Positions 1 to 10,619 of a stretch of 64,000 bases of DNA are shown one piece after another. Every line of letters starts with the position of its first letter. Position 1 is the stretch's first letter. A program made the translations under genes and the position numbers. The DNA comes from a virus. The DNA is taken from positions 1-64,000 of the IMG/VR virus record IMGVR_UViG_3300033153_006411; one strand, given 5' to 3'. The notes under the pieces are model-generated. The model was not told where the DNA came from. It saw only the letters and a program-made list of their open reading frames with translations, and did not search any database.

Positions 1-1
1 A

Positions 2-1591
2 CAGACTATATTCACTACTACTTCCGGTGGATTTGCTACTTCCGAATCAACGTGGGTTTTTGTTGATGCTAGATACCAAGTAGAAGGAACCGATTACAAC
101 GTGACTGGTGTAGACCAAGTTACCTTCACTGCACCAATGGCGGGTGGTGAAGCGGTTGAAACGCGAGTCATTAATAAGGGTGTCATTAATGTCGAACACA
201 TTGTATTCACCTCAACCGCAACCAATGGTGCACCAACTGACATAATCGCCGGATTAAACGATGCAAACCCAATTCATCGCACGTTAGTATTTGTTGATGA
301 TGAAATTCAGAATGGATGGAAGTCTGCGCCTGAGAATCCAGATTATTCTATTCTGAACACGAACCCAGACACGATTCTTTGGAACGTTCGTAAAGAAAAA
401 ACTGAATTGAATTGGACTGGCACCGATGGTGCATCTCTTCCGACGGGTGTTACACCAGCGGCGTGGTTCGATCTCTCTACAGTTGCAACCACATACCGAT
501 TCTGGTTCTCTGATGGTTCGACAACGGCACCGGTAGCGGGCGGAACTACGTTAGTGCCGGTTCCGTTTACGGGAGCCGAAACTGACCAAGATATTTCCGA
601 TTTGGTTCTGGTTGCAATGCTTGCTGCCGATGTGGAATTCGCTAGTGCACATAACGGTGGTGGGGTGTCCAGAGAAATTGAAGTTGAAGTAGCCACGGGT
701 GGTTCTGTAACGGATGCAGTAGATGGTTCCGTACCGACCGGAGTCGGGATCGTCATCGTGATTAATGGTAATGATGTTCCGGCTGGTTCTGATATCAGCG
801 TTCGTGTTATTCGTACTATTCAGATGAGCACCACGCTGTCGATTGACGTGCATCCTACTCCGGGTATGACCGTATCAGCGCAGTTTATTCCATTCATCGA
901 AGCAACTGATATTGTGAGATACCGTTTCAATGGTTGGGTCTCTGGTCCGTTGGGTGGATATACCGTCGATACGATGGTGGCACCACTGGGTATAGCGCCA
1001 TATGAATACGATATCGTGGAAGGAATTCTTAGGTTCGATGCCACCCCACCAGAGAATCTGTTTTTCTCTATTACGTACAACGTGGCACGACCAAACGGAA
1101 TGCCAGAATCAATATTAGTGCGCATGGAGTATATTGTAGCCGATATTCTACCAGATCATTTGTCTTATAATCCACCCCTCGGATTCGATACATCACTAGG
1201 GGTTGGCACACAAATCATAAACACTACTACCAATCTGACTTATACATGGGACGGCGCGGTTTGGAATACCGATCCTGTACCGGTGCCGGGAACGCAATAT
1301 TACGTGACGCGCCCTCAGCAGATATGGGAGTACGATGGATTTGTGTTTAATCTACTGTTTAACGTGGGCGACCCATTCACCAAACCACCGGTTGTAGATT
1401 ATCCGGCGTTCGGCGAAGGAATCCGATATGCAACTTATGCTTTTGGCACATCAACTGACGCTTTGGCGCAATGGCCAGATGCATTTTACATCATGGAGCA
1501 TCCGGGTGATTGCCCCAACACTTTTGGCACACCAGAAGACCCTATGGCACCAGCACCGCCAGCAGCGCCATTGCTTCCGGGTGATTGCTAA
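2..1591 (+). CDS. Virion structural protein, baseplate/tail-associated (5'-truncated by window edge)
   Basis: Frame is open from position 2 with no stop before the listed GTG at 101. Beta-rich T/G/V/P composition. A 'VFVD..YQVEGTDYNV' repeat type is shared with the 2984 protein. First gene of a co-oriented structural block. Confidence 0.65.
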   Translation, partial: QTIFTTTSGGFATSESTWVFVDARYQVEGTDYNVTGVDQVTFTAPMAGGEAVETRVINKGVINVEHIVFTSTATNGAPTDIIAGLNDANPIHRTLVFVDDEIQNGWKSAPENPDYSILNTNPDTILWNVRKEKTELNWTGTDGASLPTGVTPAAWFDLSTVATTYRFWFSDGSTTAPVAGGTTLVPVPFTGAETDQDISDLVLVAMLAADVEFASAHNGGGVSREIEVEVATGGSVTDAVDGSVPTGVGIVIVINGNDVPAGSDISVRVIRTIQMSTTLSIDVHPTPGMTVSAQFIPFIEATDIVRYRFNGWVSGPLGGYTVDTMVAPLGIAPYEYDIVEGILRFDATPPENLFFSITYNVARPNGMPESILVRMEYIVADILPDHLSYNPPLGFDTSLGVGTQIINTTTNLTYTWDGAVWNTDPVPVPGTQYYVTRPQQIWEYDGFVFNLLFNVGDPFTKPPVVDYPAFGEGIRYATYAFGTSTDALAQWPDAFYIMEHPGDCPNTFGTPEDPMAPAPPAAPLLPGDC

Positions 1592-1622
1592 CTGTAAATA
1601 TGACTAAATCGAGGAACAACGA

Positions 1623-2291
1623 ATGCACATGTCAGACGAAATGAATATCCGCTTAGAGGGACACGTCCTCATACGGGAGTATGATGATATGACTGGTCTT
1701 CAAAAAGATCGGAAAATGGAATGCGACCAGTCCTTCGCTAATGAGCAGCTTCGCGACAAGTACATGCGAGAAAGCCAAGGGCGGGTAGTCCTTGACCAGC
1801 GTAATGCTATCCATAATGAGCATGCTTCTATCATCCTTGCTCGTGGACTGGCAAACCGTGATGACGGCTCTGTGTACTCCATGCATTTCGGTAGTGGCGG
1901 TGCCACAATCGACCCCCTTGGTGATATTATTTTTGCAACACCAAACACAGTGGGTGCGGCTGATTTGAATGTACCAACTTATTTCGAAGTGGTGGACGAC
2001 ACACTGGGTGCCCCTCCCGGCAACCAAATGGCAGTCCGTCACGTAAACGGAACCTTATTTTCAGACGTAGAAATCCGTTGCGTAATCGACAAAGACGAGC
2101 CATTTGGGCAGCAAGCCTTTGATAATGTCGGATTCAACATCAATGACGAGTCGCTGTTTATATTCGACGAAATCGGGCTCAAATCCCAAGACGGATTGTT
2201 GCTCACTCACATTACCTTTTCACCCATTCAGAAATCGGCAAACAGAATCATCGAGGTGGTATACACCCTTCGAGTTAGAATCTGCGAGTAA
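1623..2291 (+). CDS. Conserved large-phage virion protein (baseplate/tail-fibre attachment-like)
   Basis: RBS GAGGA upstream. C-terminal 'FDEIGL...LLTHITFSPIQKSANRIIEVVYTLRV' is typical of phage baseplate/fibre-attachment proteins. Structural gene context. Confidence 0.6.
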   Translation: MHMSDEMNIRLEGHVLIREYDDMTGLQKDRKMECDQSFANEQLRDKYMRESQGRVVLDQRNAIHNEHASIILARGLANRDDGSVYSMHFGSGGATIDPLGDIIFATPNTVGAADLNVPTYFEVVDDTLGAPPGNQMAVRHVNGTLFSDVEIRCVIDKDEPFGQQAFDNVGFNINDESLFIFDEIGLKSQDGLLLTHITFSPIQKSANRIIEVVYTLRVRICE

Positions 2292-2324
2292 ACAGATAAA
2301 TACCAATCTAGAGGAATCAAACTA

Positions 2325-2978
2325 ATGCCAGCGTACACACTAGACAACAGCCGAGGAGTAACCGTAGCCATAATTAATGTTGGCACGACTACCGGCGTGA
2401 CGTTCCCGATTGAAATTCAGGGACAGGGTATTGGTCCTTATGGAACGATTTACGCGGACACCGTTTATCACATGTTGGAGAACTTTGCCAACACTATCGA
2501 GCCAACCAACCCCGTTGAAGGTATGGACTTCTACAAGACGGACACGCAAGTCCCCCATTTTTACGATGGTTCGGGGTTTGTTCCGTATCTGACTCAGGGA
2601 AGTGCAAACGCAGGCAGGTTCGTTATGCTACCAACCGCTACGGGCATCGACATGACCAACATCGCAACTATACCATTGTTCACGGCTCCCGGTGACGGTT
2701 CTGCGTGGTTACCAACTATGTTGGTACTGGTATCCACCGACGCAAATGCTGTTGCTGGACCGGCACACATCAATCTCCAGATTGCTGCTGCTGAGGATGT
2801 ACTAGAACAGACGCCGGTATCCAACGCTAGTTTGACAACTGCTCATCAATACAGCATCGGGGGCTCCACAAGGTTTGCAACCGGTATAGAAACAATCAGT
2901 ATGGAAATCACCATTCCGGCTCCTGCTACGGCATTAGTCATGAATGCATTCCTATTCGGGTTCAACAACAGGACATAA
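2325..2978 (+). CDS. Virion structural protein
   Basis: 'HMLENFA...P.NPVEG' N-terminal motif recalled from large-phage tail/baseplate proteins; RBS GAGGA. Confidence 0.55.
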   Translation: MPAYTLDNSRGVTVAIINVGTTTGVTFPIEIQGQGIGPYGTIYADTVYHMLENFANTIEPTNPVEGMDFYKTDTQVPHFYDGSGFVPYLTQGSANAGRFVMLPTATGIDMTNIATIPLFTAPGDGSAWLPTMLVLVSTDANAVAGPAHINLQIAAAEDVLEQTPVSNASLTTAHQYSIGGSTRFATGIETISMEITIPAPATALVMNAFLFGFNNRT

Positions 2979-2983
2979 AGTAG

Positions 2984-4588
2984 ATGGCTATTACACTCAT
3001 CCCATACGGATTACTCGAAGATGGCAAATATGGCATCAAGCTAAGTGATGACATTCTTGGCGTGCCTGTTGCTGCGGCGATAGAAGTACTCGATACGCTA
3101 CCATCATCAGCAGACCCAGATAACTTTGCGGGTCGTACTGTTTTCGCCAAAGATGCACAGCTTCCTTATGTATTTTTAAACGACACCACAGAATGGTTTC
3201 CACTGGAAGGAATTCCAGCAGACGTTGGTGCCGTCGGTGGCAACCCACCAACAGTCCCAATCCCACCAGATGGTTCGCTTTTCTATGATACTGATACTGA
3301 AGTATCTTTTGTATGGGACGGAGCCGAATGGCAAGCAATGGGTGGCCGATTTGCTGGTAGGTACGTCGAACAAATTACAATATCTTCTGGTTTTGCAGGA
3401 CCGGGCGGCGATACGTTCTCGTTAGGAACAACTCCAGTTTATGCCGAATTCGTAGAAGTATTCTTGGATGGTGTACGACAGGTACCGAATCCCGGCGGCG
3501 ATTACAATGTAATCGGTTCATCGGCTGTTTTCCCTGTCCCGGTTGCAGCGGCAGTTGTAGTTTACACAAGAACACTAGAGTCTACCGTTTTGGAAGACCC
3601 TGCGCTACTTCAGAACGCACAATGCATTAGAGCTATCTATGATAATCAAGCAGCAGGTATTACTGATTTTGATATCGGTGCGGCGGGTGTTGATCCTTCG
3701 TGTACTATGGTATTCCAGAATGGTTCCTTCTTAGTCGGCGGTGGCGTTGATTATAATGTTTCATCCGCCAACACAACAATAACTGGAATCGTAAAGATAG
3801 CCGTAACTACTGCCGAGGTGACAACATTATTTGCGCACGGCGCAGCAACCGGTGACGTAGTAACAATCACTGGATGCGACCAACCCGAATTCAATGGAAC
3901 CTTCACGGTAACCGTCACAGGACTAGCTACGTTCAATATTCCTGTAGTAATAACAGCACCGGCATCATGTACGGGAGCACTAGTAAGTTATAGTCCTCCG
4001 ATGGTTAATGATGAAGTTATCCTGAATGTGGGTACGACACTGGCTGACGACATCACTATCATGACATTCCAGAGAATTATTGTAGCACCAGCTACAGGTG
4101 AAGCAAACACTGCTTCTAATCTAGGCGTTGGTACTGGTCTATTCTCGACCAAGGCTGGTATAGACCTACGGTTCAAATCCATCTCTGGTGGTAACGGAGT
4201 ATTGGTTACCGATACTGGTGGTGGAACCGTAACTATTTCGGCGGATGCCCTTCAGACATATGAGTCCAGAGTTGGTATTAATACATCAATATACAACTTG
4301 GGTACAACGTACAACTTGGGTACAACGGATAGCTACATTGGTGTCCGTGATACGTCATCCGTTGTAACAGTTGACGTTTCAACTGTTCCGGGCGGAACAT
4401 CTGGTTCGGGTCGTCGCTTAGTTGTTCAGGATGAATCGGGTGGTGCAGGAACAAACAACATTCAAATTGCGCACGCGAGTGCACAATTTGCCGGAGCCGC
4501 AAGCCCACTCATAATCAATGTGGACTACGGATCAGTAACTATAGTGTACGATGGCAACGATTGGCACATCGTATCGAAGACCTTTTAA
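2984..4588 (+). CDS. Tail fibre/baseplate-associated protein
   Basis: G/T/V-rich beta repeats ('VFLDGVRQ..GGDYNV', 'AHG..TGDVVTITG...FNGTFTVT', 'GEANTASNLG'). C-terminal 'YGSVTIVYDGNDWHI' is typical of fibre tips. Confidence 0.65.
   Translation: MAITLIPYGLLEDGKYGIKLSDDILGVPVAAAIEVLDTLPSSADPDNFAGRTVFAKDAQLPYVFLNDTTEWFPLEGIPADVGAVGGNPPTVPIPPDGSLFYDTDTEVSFVWDGAEWQAMGGRFAGRYVEQITISSGFAGPGGDTFSLGTTPVYAEFVEVFLDGVRQVPNPGGDYNVIGSSAVFPVPVAAAVVVYTRTLESTVLEDPALLQNAQCIRAIYDNQAAGITDFDIGAAGVDPSCTMVFQNGSFLVGGGVDYNVSSANTTITGIVKIAVTTAEVTTLFAHGAATGDVVTITGCDQPEFNGTFTVTVTGLATFNIPVVITAPASCTGALVSYSPPMVNDEVILNVGTTLADDITIMTFQRIIVAPATGEANTASNLGVGTGLFSTKAGIDLRFKSISGGNGVLVTDTGGGTVTISADALQTYESRVGINTSIYNLGTTYNLGTTDSYIGVRDTSSVVTVDVSTVPGGTSGSGRRLVVQDESGGAGTNNIQIAHASAQFAGAASPLIINVDYGSVTIVYDGNDWHIVSKTF
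4292..4327 (+). repeat. Exact 18-bp tandem duplication (TACAACTTGGGTACAACG x2; YNLGTT x2)
   Basis: Seen directly; in frame within the 2984 CDS. Confidence 0.9.
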
Positions 4589-4600
4589 GGGTAAACGGCA

Positions 4601-5221
4601 ATGGTAACAAAGGTAACTAGAGACGTTATGGACCTAAGCGTCAGAGCCATTGCGGATGGTATCACCGTTGAAGGTAATTGTGGTGCTAATTTTAGTTTTA
4701 ATGGTGTTCCGATTGGTCTCAGTACACCATGTGATGGTGCGTTCGTTAATCTTGATGCAACCAACATCACCGCAACGGGTACCTTTGATGTTACCGGCGC
4801 TACGGTTGTTGGTATCGTCTCGGTTCCCATTGGTGGTGTGATTTTCTTTAACGCCGCGTTCGCCACTATACCGTCAAATTGGCAGTTGTGCGACGGAACC
4901 AACGGCACTCCTGATATGACCAATCAGTTCGTGTATGGCACGAATACTGAAGGTGAGCTTTTAGATACTGGCGGTGATGCTGATGCCGTAGTTGTAGATC
5001 ACGGTCATAGTCTGTCTGGGAATGGATCGCATAGTCACACTACCCGAGCAGGCGTGAATGGTAATGGCTCTGGTGGTTTCGACGATGCTAACCATGGCTT
5101 TAATGTTGCGGTTGACGGTAATGGATCGCATAGTCACACGATTAACAATACTGGTGTAAGCGGGAATAACGCGAACCTTCCACCATATATTAAATTGGCG
5201 TTCATTCAACGAATGTCATAA
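4601..5221 (+). CDS. Short tail fibre with tail-collar domain
   Basis: 'VPIGGVIFF...IPSNWQLCDGTNGTPDM..QFV.G' collar motif, H-x-H repeats, and 'NLPPYIKLAFIQR' C-terminus. Confidence 0.8.
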   Translation: MVTKVTRDVMDLSVRAIADGITVEGNCGANFSFNGVPIGLSTPCDGAFVNLDATNITATGTFDVTGATVVGIVSVPIGGVIFFNAAFATIPSNWQLCDGTNGTPDMTNQFVYGTNTEGELLDTGGDADAVVVDHGHSLSGNGSHSHTTRAGVNGNGSGGFDDANHGFNVAVDGNGSHSHTINNTGVSGNNANLPPYIKLAFIQRMS

Positions 5222-5234
5222 GAGGAAAAGAGTA

Positions 5235-5858
5235 ATGGTAACAAAAGCAACTAGAGATGTCATCGACTTAAACGTCCGAGAGATCATTGATGGGTTCAAA
5301 GTTGATGTCCCCGAAAATCCGACTGAGAATCGTATGGACGGCGTTACTATCGGTGGTTCAAACCCCGTTGATGCCACGTTCGACGATCTGACTGCAACCA
5401 ATCTTACTATACTTCCGGGTGGTACCATAGAGGCTACTGGCGCTACAGTAATTGGTGAATGGCAGGCAACTTATTCTGATATCGCGGAACAGTACGAATC
5501 CGACAAAGATTATGCTGCGGGAACGGTAGTGAAGATTGGTGGCGATAAAGAAATCACCGCTTCTGACGTATCTGTGGATGATGTGTTCGGTGTTATTTCA
5601 TCAGAACCAGCTTATGTGTTGAATTCTGGCAAAGAAGGACTATATTTGCCAGTAGTGATGGTAGGCCGTATTCCCGTCCGCGTCAAAGGCCCGATTGCCA
5701 AAGGTGAACGACTTGTATCGTCCAACACTCCGGGTGTAGCTCGGGCTGTCAAGAAAAGTGAACTTTCTTGCCACACACCAATCTTCGGACGCTCGCTAGA
5801 AAATAGCGATGACGAAGGAGAGCGTTTGGTAGAAGTAGCTTTCGTCACAATCAAGTAA
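5235..5858 (+). CDS. Fibre-associated protein with peptidase G2/intramolecular-chaperone-like C-terminal domain
   Basis: 'SDIAEQY...GTVVKIGG...GVISSEPAYVLN...VVMVGRIPVRVKGPIAKGERLVSS'. N-terminus is paralogous to the 4601 gene. Confidence 0.7.
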   Translation: MVTKATRDVIDLNVREIIDGFKVDVPENPTENRMDGVTIGGSNPVDATFDDLTATNLTILPGGTIEATGATVIGEWQATYSDIAEQYESDKDYAAGTVVKIGGDKEITASDVSVDDVFGVISSEPAYVLNSGKEGLYLPVVMVGRIPVRVKGPIAKGERLVSSNTPGVARAVKKSELSCHTPIFGRSLENSDDEGERLVEVAFVTIK

Positions 5859-5869
5859 AGGTTAGGTAG

Positions 5870-6820
5870 ATGACTTACAGACAGGGTGAAATAATTGTAG
5901 CTACTGATTTCAATACGTTCAGAACGGATGTGTTGGATATCTGGGATGTCGGTAACGGCAATCGCGGTTACGGGCAGATTGATACTGGTGGCGCATCACC
6001 TATTCCTCTAGCATCGGTGGGTGCCGATGTATTAAGTGCCGAATGGGAAGCATTCCGACTCGCCGCTCAGACCTGTTCAGACCACCAAGGTAGTTCTACA
6101 ACTTTTCCACCTGCTTCAGTATTAGAAGTTACTGACACCATCGTAGCGCATGATGCGCTTGATGGTAATGCTTACGATATCGGTGTAAGTCTAGCTACCA
6201 TAGAGACCAACCGATTGACTGCTGATGCTGGTTCTGTATCGGTTTTTGCAAACTCACTAAACGATAGCCGAGGCACCGCATGGGCTAATACATTACAACA
6301 CCGATTTACGGCTGTGCTACCAACAGTAGATGATGCGCGATATTTCTTCAACTCTGGTGGACAAATCCGAATTCGTGGTTCCCGTTCTGGTGGTTCTGGA
6401 ACACCCCAAAACGCCAGTTGGACAGAAATTCTCACGAACATGGGAACCGTCATATTCGACCACACCATTACCACCAATACGGGTGGCGGACCCGGATGGT
6501 CATTCTCCAATGTTGGTTACTTCGACCTTACCACTTCATTTCAACAAATCGCCACAGGTGTTGATACGACAGGTGGACAGTATGCTACCAACGAAGCACG
6601 AATTGATGCTCGTACAACTGATGGTCCGGGTGGGCCGAATGGAGATAGAGGAAGAAACTTAGAATTCCGAGTACGATACTTCGATAATCATAGCAACATA
6701 TTCGCCGACAATGTAAACGGTACTATTACATCTGATGTCGATTATCGGATAGCCACATCTCCACTGACTATTCAAACTCCAGTATTCGCTACGTCCATAT
6801 CTCTCACTGCCGGATCATAA
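5870..6820 (+). CDS. Virion structural protein (paralog of 6824)
   Basis: Shares 'GNRGYGQ', 'ARYFFNSGGQ.R' and 'G..DLT.S.Q.I' motifs with the next gene. Confidence 0.65.
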   Translation: MTYRQGEIIVATDFNTFRTDVLDIWDVGNGNRGYGQIDTGGASPIPLASVGADVLSAEWEAFRLAAQTCSDHQGSSTTFPPASVLEVTDTIVAHDALDGNAYDIGVSLATIETNRLTADAGSVSVFANSLNDSRGTAWANTLQHRFTAVLPTVDDARYFFNSGGQIRIRGSRSGGSGTPQNASWTEILTNMGTVIFDHTITTNTGGGPGWSFSNVGYFDLTTSFQQIATGVDTTGGQYATNEARIDARTTDGPGGPNGDRGRNLEFRVRYFDNHSNIFADNVNGTITSDVDYRIATSPLTIQTPVFATSISLTAGS

Positions 6821-6823
6821 ACC

Positions 6824-7831
6824 ATGGCTTATGAAGTAGGCAACAACATACTCGACAATGAATACAACGACTTCATCGGAGTTAGTGGTACGTCTGCGTT
6901 CGCCTCTCAGGGCGCTGTAGATGCCGCTGCACCGTGTGTAGGTGCTATCTATGGTGTTGGGTATGGTAATCGCGGATATGGGCAGGCAGGCGTAACCCTG
7001 ACCCCTGTGACGACCTCTACAGTCATCTCAAGCGCCCAATGGACAGACATGTCCGCCGCGTTAGAAGTTTGCTCCGAAAGTCAAACCGGCATAGTTGGCG
7101 GGTCAGTATTAATTCCTCCATCAACTGAAACGCAAGTGGCTGATACAATCGTAGCACACGAATCGAGTCCACCAAGTAGTAATGCATATGATTACAACAG
7201 CGTCATTGCAAGCATCGACACAAATAGGTTTGTATTGGATTCAGCCAAAGACGGGACAGCCGTCACAACGGGCGTATCAAGTAGTACACGTGGCTCGACG
7301 TGGGGTGGTGGTGTTGGCTCCATTAATTGTATTTTCGATTTTGGTTTTGGTACTGAAGATGCAGCCAGATACTTTTTCAATTCTGGCGGGCAACTCCGAA
7401 TCGATTTAAGTCATCCGGGCGGTTCAGCACAAGATAACGACTGGTCCGCTTCTTTGGGTACCCGACTCGGACAAGTTCGTATGGATTATACCGCGACCAG
7501 TAGTACCGGTACTAGCGCATTGTCCAGTAGTATTGGTTTTTATGACCTGACTGGTTCGTATCAAACTATTATCAATGGTGCCAATATTGGTACTGGTGTG
7601 TACACAACAAACGATGTTCTCATCGAAGCTCACCGCTTAACATTCGCTGGAGTGAATGGTGGTAATGGTGTTGGTGTTAGGGTTCGTATCACCTTAACCG
7701 ACTCACACGTCGGAGGAGTAGCCCCAGTCGATTCGGTGTCGGCGGGAACGAATGCCAGCTTTGCTGTCCTAAAAGCCACATTTCTAACCGGTATCGTAAC
7801 TCCGAGCGGGACAGTCACTAACCCCTTCTAA
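6824..7831 (+). CDS. Virion structural protein (paralog of 5870)
   Basis: Same shared motifs; S/G/T-rich. Confidence 0.65.
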   Translation: MAYEVGNNILDNEYNDFIGVSGTSAFASQGAVDAAAPCVGAIYGVGYGNRGYGQAGVTLTPVTTSTVISSAQWTDMSAALEVCSESQTGIVGGSVLIPPSTETQVADTIVAHESSPPSSNAYDYNSVIASIDTNRFVLDSAKDGTAVTTGVSSSTRGSTWGGGVGSINCIFDFGFGTEDAARYFFNSGGQLRIDLSHPGGSAQDNDWSASLGTRLGQVRMDYTATSSTGTSALSSSIGFYDLTGSYQTIINGANIGTGVYTTNDVLIEAHRLTFAGVNGGNGVGVRVRITLTDSHVGGVAPVDSVSAGTNASFAVLKATFLTGIVTPSGTVTNPF

Positions 7832-7835
7832 TTGC

Positions 7836-7864
7836 TTGACTCTTCCCACCCTCGTGTGTATATT
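7836..7864 (+). promoter_or_regulatory. Sigma70-type promoter for the enzyme cluster
   Basis: TTGACT-N17-TATATT with TG extension, intergenic, upstream of 7889. Confidence 0.7.
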
Positions 7865-7888
7865 GAAATATAGCCACGAGAGTATCCC

Positions 7889-8290
7889 ATGGAACAATCA
7901 GAACTAGACGCATTGATTGCTGCTGCCGACAAACGTGCAGTATATGTAAATCAAGTCGAACACGCTAAAGCGAAATTCCGCTCTCTCAACGTATTGTATT
8001 GGGAGGGGCACATCTTTGAATTGAATCAAGGATTCCTGTCTTACCTGTACATCAAATATATGGAGTGGCTTTCCACACGCGAGAGGCACCTCGAAGGCAA
8101 GTCAATCGACATTCCACTTGAACCAGTCATCCTTCTGGATAAGAACGAGGAACCCGTTCAAATAACCGACTTAAATAGGTTCATCGAAGAAGTAGAGGAA
8201 TGTCATACAGAGGCATTGAACTATTATCACGACACCTACACCGCCTTGAAACTTTCGCGGACTACTTCCGAATTAATTGAGGTCGGTTAA
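7889..8290 (+). CDS. Hypothetical protein
   Basis: Open frame behind the promoter; stop/start overlap with 8290. Confidence 0.6.
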   Translation: MEQSELDALIAAADKRAVYVNQVEHAKAKFRSLNVLYWEGHIFELNQGFLSYLYIKYMEWLSTRERHLEGKSIDIPLEPVILLDKNEEPVQITDLNRFIEEVEECHTEALNYYHDTYTALKLSRTTSELIEVG

Positions 8291-9150
8291 TGCGCGGAAT
8301 GCTCATGTTCGCCCATAACAATGATCTCTTTGATTATGGGAAGATGGCGTATGCTTCAGCACTTTCCGCCATCCACCATATTGGCAAACCCATTTCAATC
8401 GTGACGGATCATGCAACGTGGGAAAAACTCCTGAGCGAGTACCCACGTGCGATGTTTACCTTTGACCACGCCATCCTGATAGATCATCAGAACACACACC
8501 AGCGTCATTTTGATTTGGCAGACGGTTCTACGAAAAAAGCCAAATACCATAATACTTCAAGACTCGATGCTTATGAGTTGTCACCTTACGATGAAACTTT
8601 ATTGATCGATACTGATGTGTTGATACAGGATACTTCCCTACAGCACGTTTGGGGATCATCAGCTTACGTCAGAATGAATCATGAAATTTCAGAGTTGGTT
8701 CTGGGTTCTGACAATACACAAATAAAACTTTCTGATAAAAGTTTGACAACATTCTGGGCAACCATTTGTTATTTCCGAAAGTGCAAAGTAACTGAAGACT
8801 TTTTTGCGCTATCGAAGTACGTAAAACACCATTACGAATATTACGGAAGCCTACATGGATTCCCAATATCGATAGTACGCGTCGATTACATAATGACTGT
8901 CGCTGCACATATTATGAGCGGATATGTCAGTGGGTCAAAGTCCGTGGTAGAACCGCTACCAGTAGAAGACACTGTGTTTGCATGGAACAGAGATATTATG
9001 ATAGATTTTGATGAGGATCGAACAACGTTCTTAACAAAATCTAATGGTAGACCATTCCCTGTATCAACGTACCGAACGGTTCACTGTATGAATAAAGATA
9101 GTATGTTGAATATGGCTGATAGGATCATTGATACTTATGCGATCCTTTAA
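8290..9150 (+). CDS. GT-A fold glycosyltransferase-like protein
   Basis: 'SPYDETLLIDTD' DxD motif; paralogous to the next gene. Confidence 0.65.
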   Translation: MRGMLMFAHNNDLFDYGKMAYASALSAIHHIGKPISIVTDHATWEKLLSEYPRAMFTFDHAILIDHQNTHQRHFDLADGSTKKAKYHNTSRLDAYELSPYDETLLIDTDVLIQDTSLQHVWGSSAYVRMNHEISELVLGSDNTQIKLSDKSLTTFWATICYFRKCKVTEDFFALSKYVKHHYEYYGSLHGFPISIVRVDYIMTVAAHIMSGYVSGSKSVVEPLPVEDTVFAWNRDIMIDFDEDRTTFLTKSNGRPFPVSTYRTVHCMNKDSMLNMADRIIDTYAIL

Positions 9151-10078
9151 ACGAAAAAGAGGTTTCATCACCATCGCGCAACGGAGTGGGAAACTCAATT
9201 ACCTACGGATGGCGTATGGTCTGGCATTGAGTCTGAAAGCGACACAGCGAGACGTACCCCACTTATCAGTCATGGTGACTCCCGGTACTAAAATACCAGC
9301 GAAGTATGCCGCAGTGTTTGATGAGGTCATCGATATACCGGGGTTGGATGACTCTAAAAATTCAAGATGGAAGATACACAATAAGTGGAAAGTATACCAT
9401 GTGACTCCGTATGAGGAAACTATACTCCTCGATGCTGATATGGTCTTTCCAACCGATGTTAGTGATTGGTGGGATATACTGGGAGATGAGAGGAACGTGT
9501 GGTTTGCAACGCAACCAGCGACATACCGTGGCGACCCCGTTGATATCGGAACATATCGACAAGAATTCCTAACAAATAATTTACCGATGGTGTACACCGC
9601 ATTTTTATATTTCAGACAGAGCGAAATAGCACAAGAACTTTTTGATATGGCGGCTACCGTATACCACAATTGGGTTGCGATGCGTGACAACTATCAGTTG
9701 CGCAAAACCGATGAAGAATTACTCAGTGATATGCAACACTTCCGATCACCACTCCGACATTCGTGGACACACTTTTTCCAAGATTATCCGCGCTCCGTGA
9801 GTGGTGATCTGGCATTCGCGATAGCCACGAAAATAATGGGCGAAGAGGATAACTTCGCTCCTGATGGGATGTTTCCTACATTTACCCATATGAAACCCGG
9901 GGATCAAGGATTGGATTTGGTTCCGTCATTATGGTCTAACTCGTTACCCTCGGTACTTCGGGAAGATATGACACTTTTGATTGGAACCTATAGACAACGA
10001 TACCCATTTCATTATGTCGAGAAAGAATGGCTGACTCAGGATGTAATACTGACATTGGAGAAAGCGGCCCGTGGATGA
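9137..10078 (+). CDS. GT-A fold (GT8-like) glycosyltransferase
   Basis: 'FDEVI', 'NKWKVYHVTPYEETILLDADM' DxD motif, and 'THMK'. Confidence 0.7.
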   Translation: MRSFKRKRGFITIAQRSGKLNYLRMAYGLALSLKATQRDVPHLSVMVTPGTKIPAKYAAVFDEVIDIPGLDDSKNSRWKIHNKWKVYHVTPYEETILLDADMVFPTDVSDWWDILGDERNVWFATQPATYRGDPVDIGTYRQEFLTNNLPMVYTAFLYFRQSEIAQELFDMAATVYHNWVAMRDNYQLRKTDEELLSDMQHFRSPLRHSWTHFFQDYPRSVSGDLAFAIATKIMGEEDNFAPDGMFPTFTHMKPGDQGLDLVPSLWSNSLPSVLREDMTLLIGTYRQRYPFHYVEKEWLTQDVILTLEKAARG

Positions 10079-10619
10079 TTTTTACATTTATTATGAACTT
10101 GAACACCAATCTCACTCGATTGGAACTATTAAGGCGATAGCTCCACGTAAACTGGATGATATGGGTGATATGGAATTTATCAGGGTTCCGTCTAAGATCG
10201 GATTGTCGTTCACCAAAGGTTCGGAATCCCTAAACCGATGGGTAGTTAAATGGCTCCCTGAATTTGCAGAAATGCGCTTGTACAAACGAGAGATCGAGAA
10301 GCTGGAATCAGTGACTAACTTCCTACAAATTATACCCACCAGACAAACCAAGGCTCATGTCACGGTAACATGGAAACGGGAGAGTAAGCTGTTCAATGTC
10401 AGAACTCGTGGTGTTAGTATTTCCCACCCAAACATAGATATGTATTTCTTTGTGACCCGACTGGATGATCCTAATATAATTTATCATCAATTCAATACAT
10501 CACTATTGGAGACGATGAATAGGAAAGGTTTGGATATTCCGTGTGATATCACTCTCCCCAACAGATTCAGCGTGTGTACTAGAACAGCCTTTGATCGATA
10601 CCAATTACGGACTGAATGA
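10071..10619 (+). CDS. Hypothetical protein
   Basis: Overlaps both neighbours in the operon. Confidence 0.55.
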   Translation: MDDFYIYYELEHQSHSIGTIKAIAPRKLDDMGDMEFIRVPSKIGLSFTKGSESLNRWVVKWLPEFAEMRLYKREIEKLESVTNFLQIIPTRQTKAHVTVTWKRESKLFNVRTRGVSISHPNIDMYFFVTRLDDPNIIYHQFNTSLLETMNRKGLDIPCDITLPNRFSVCTRTAFDRYQLRTE

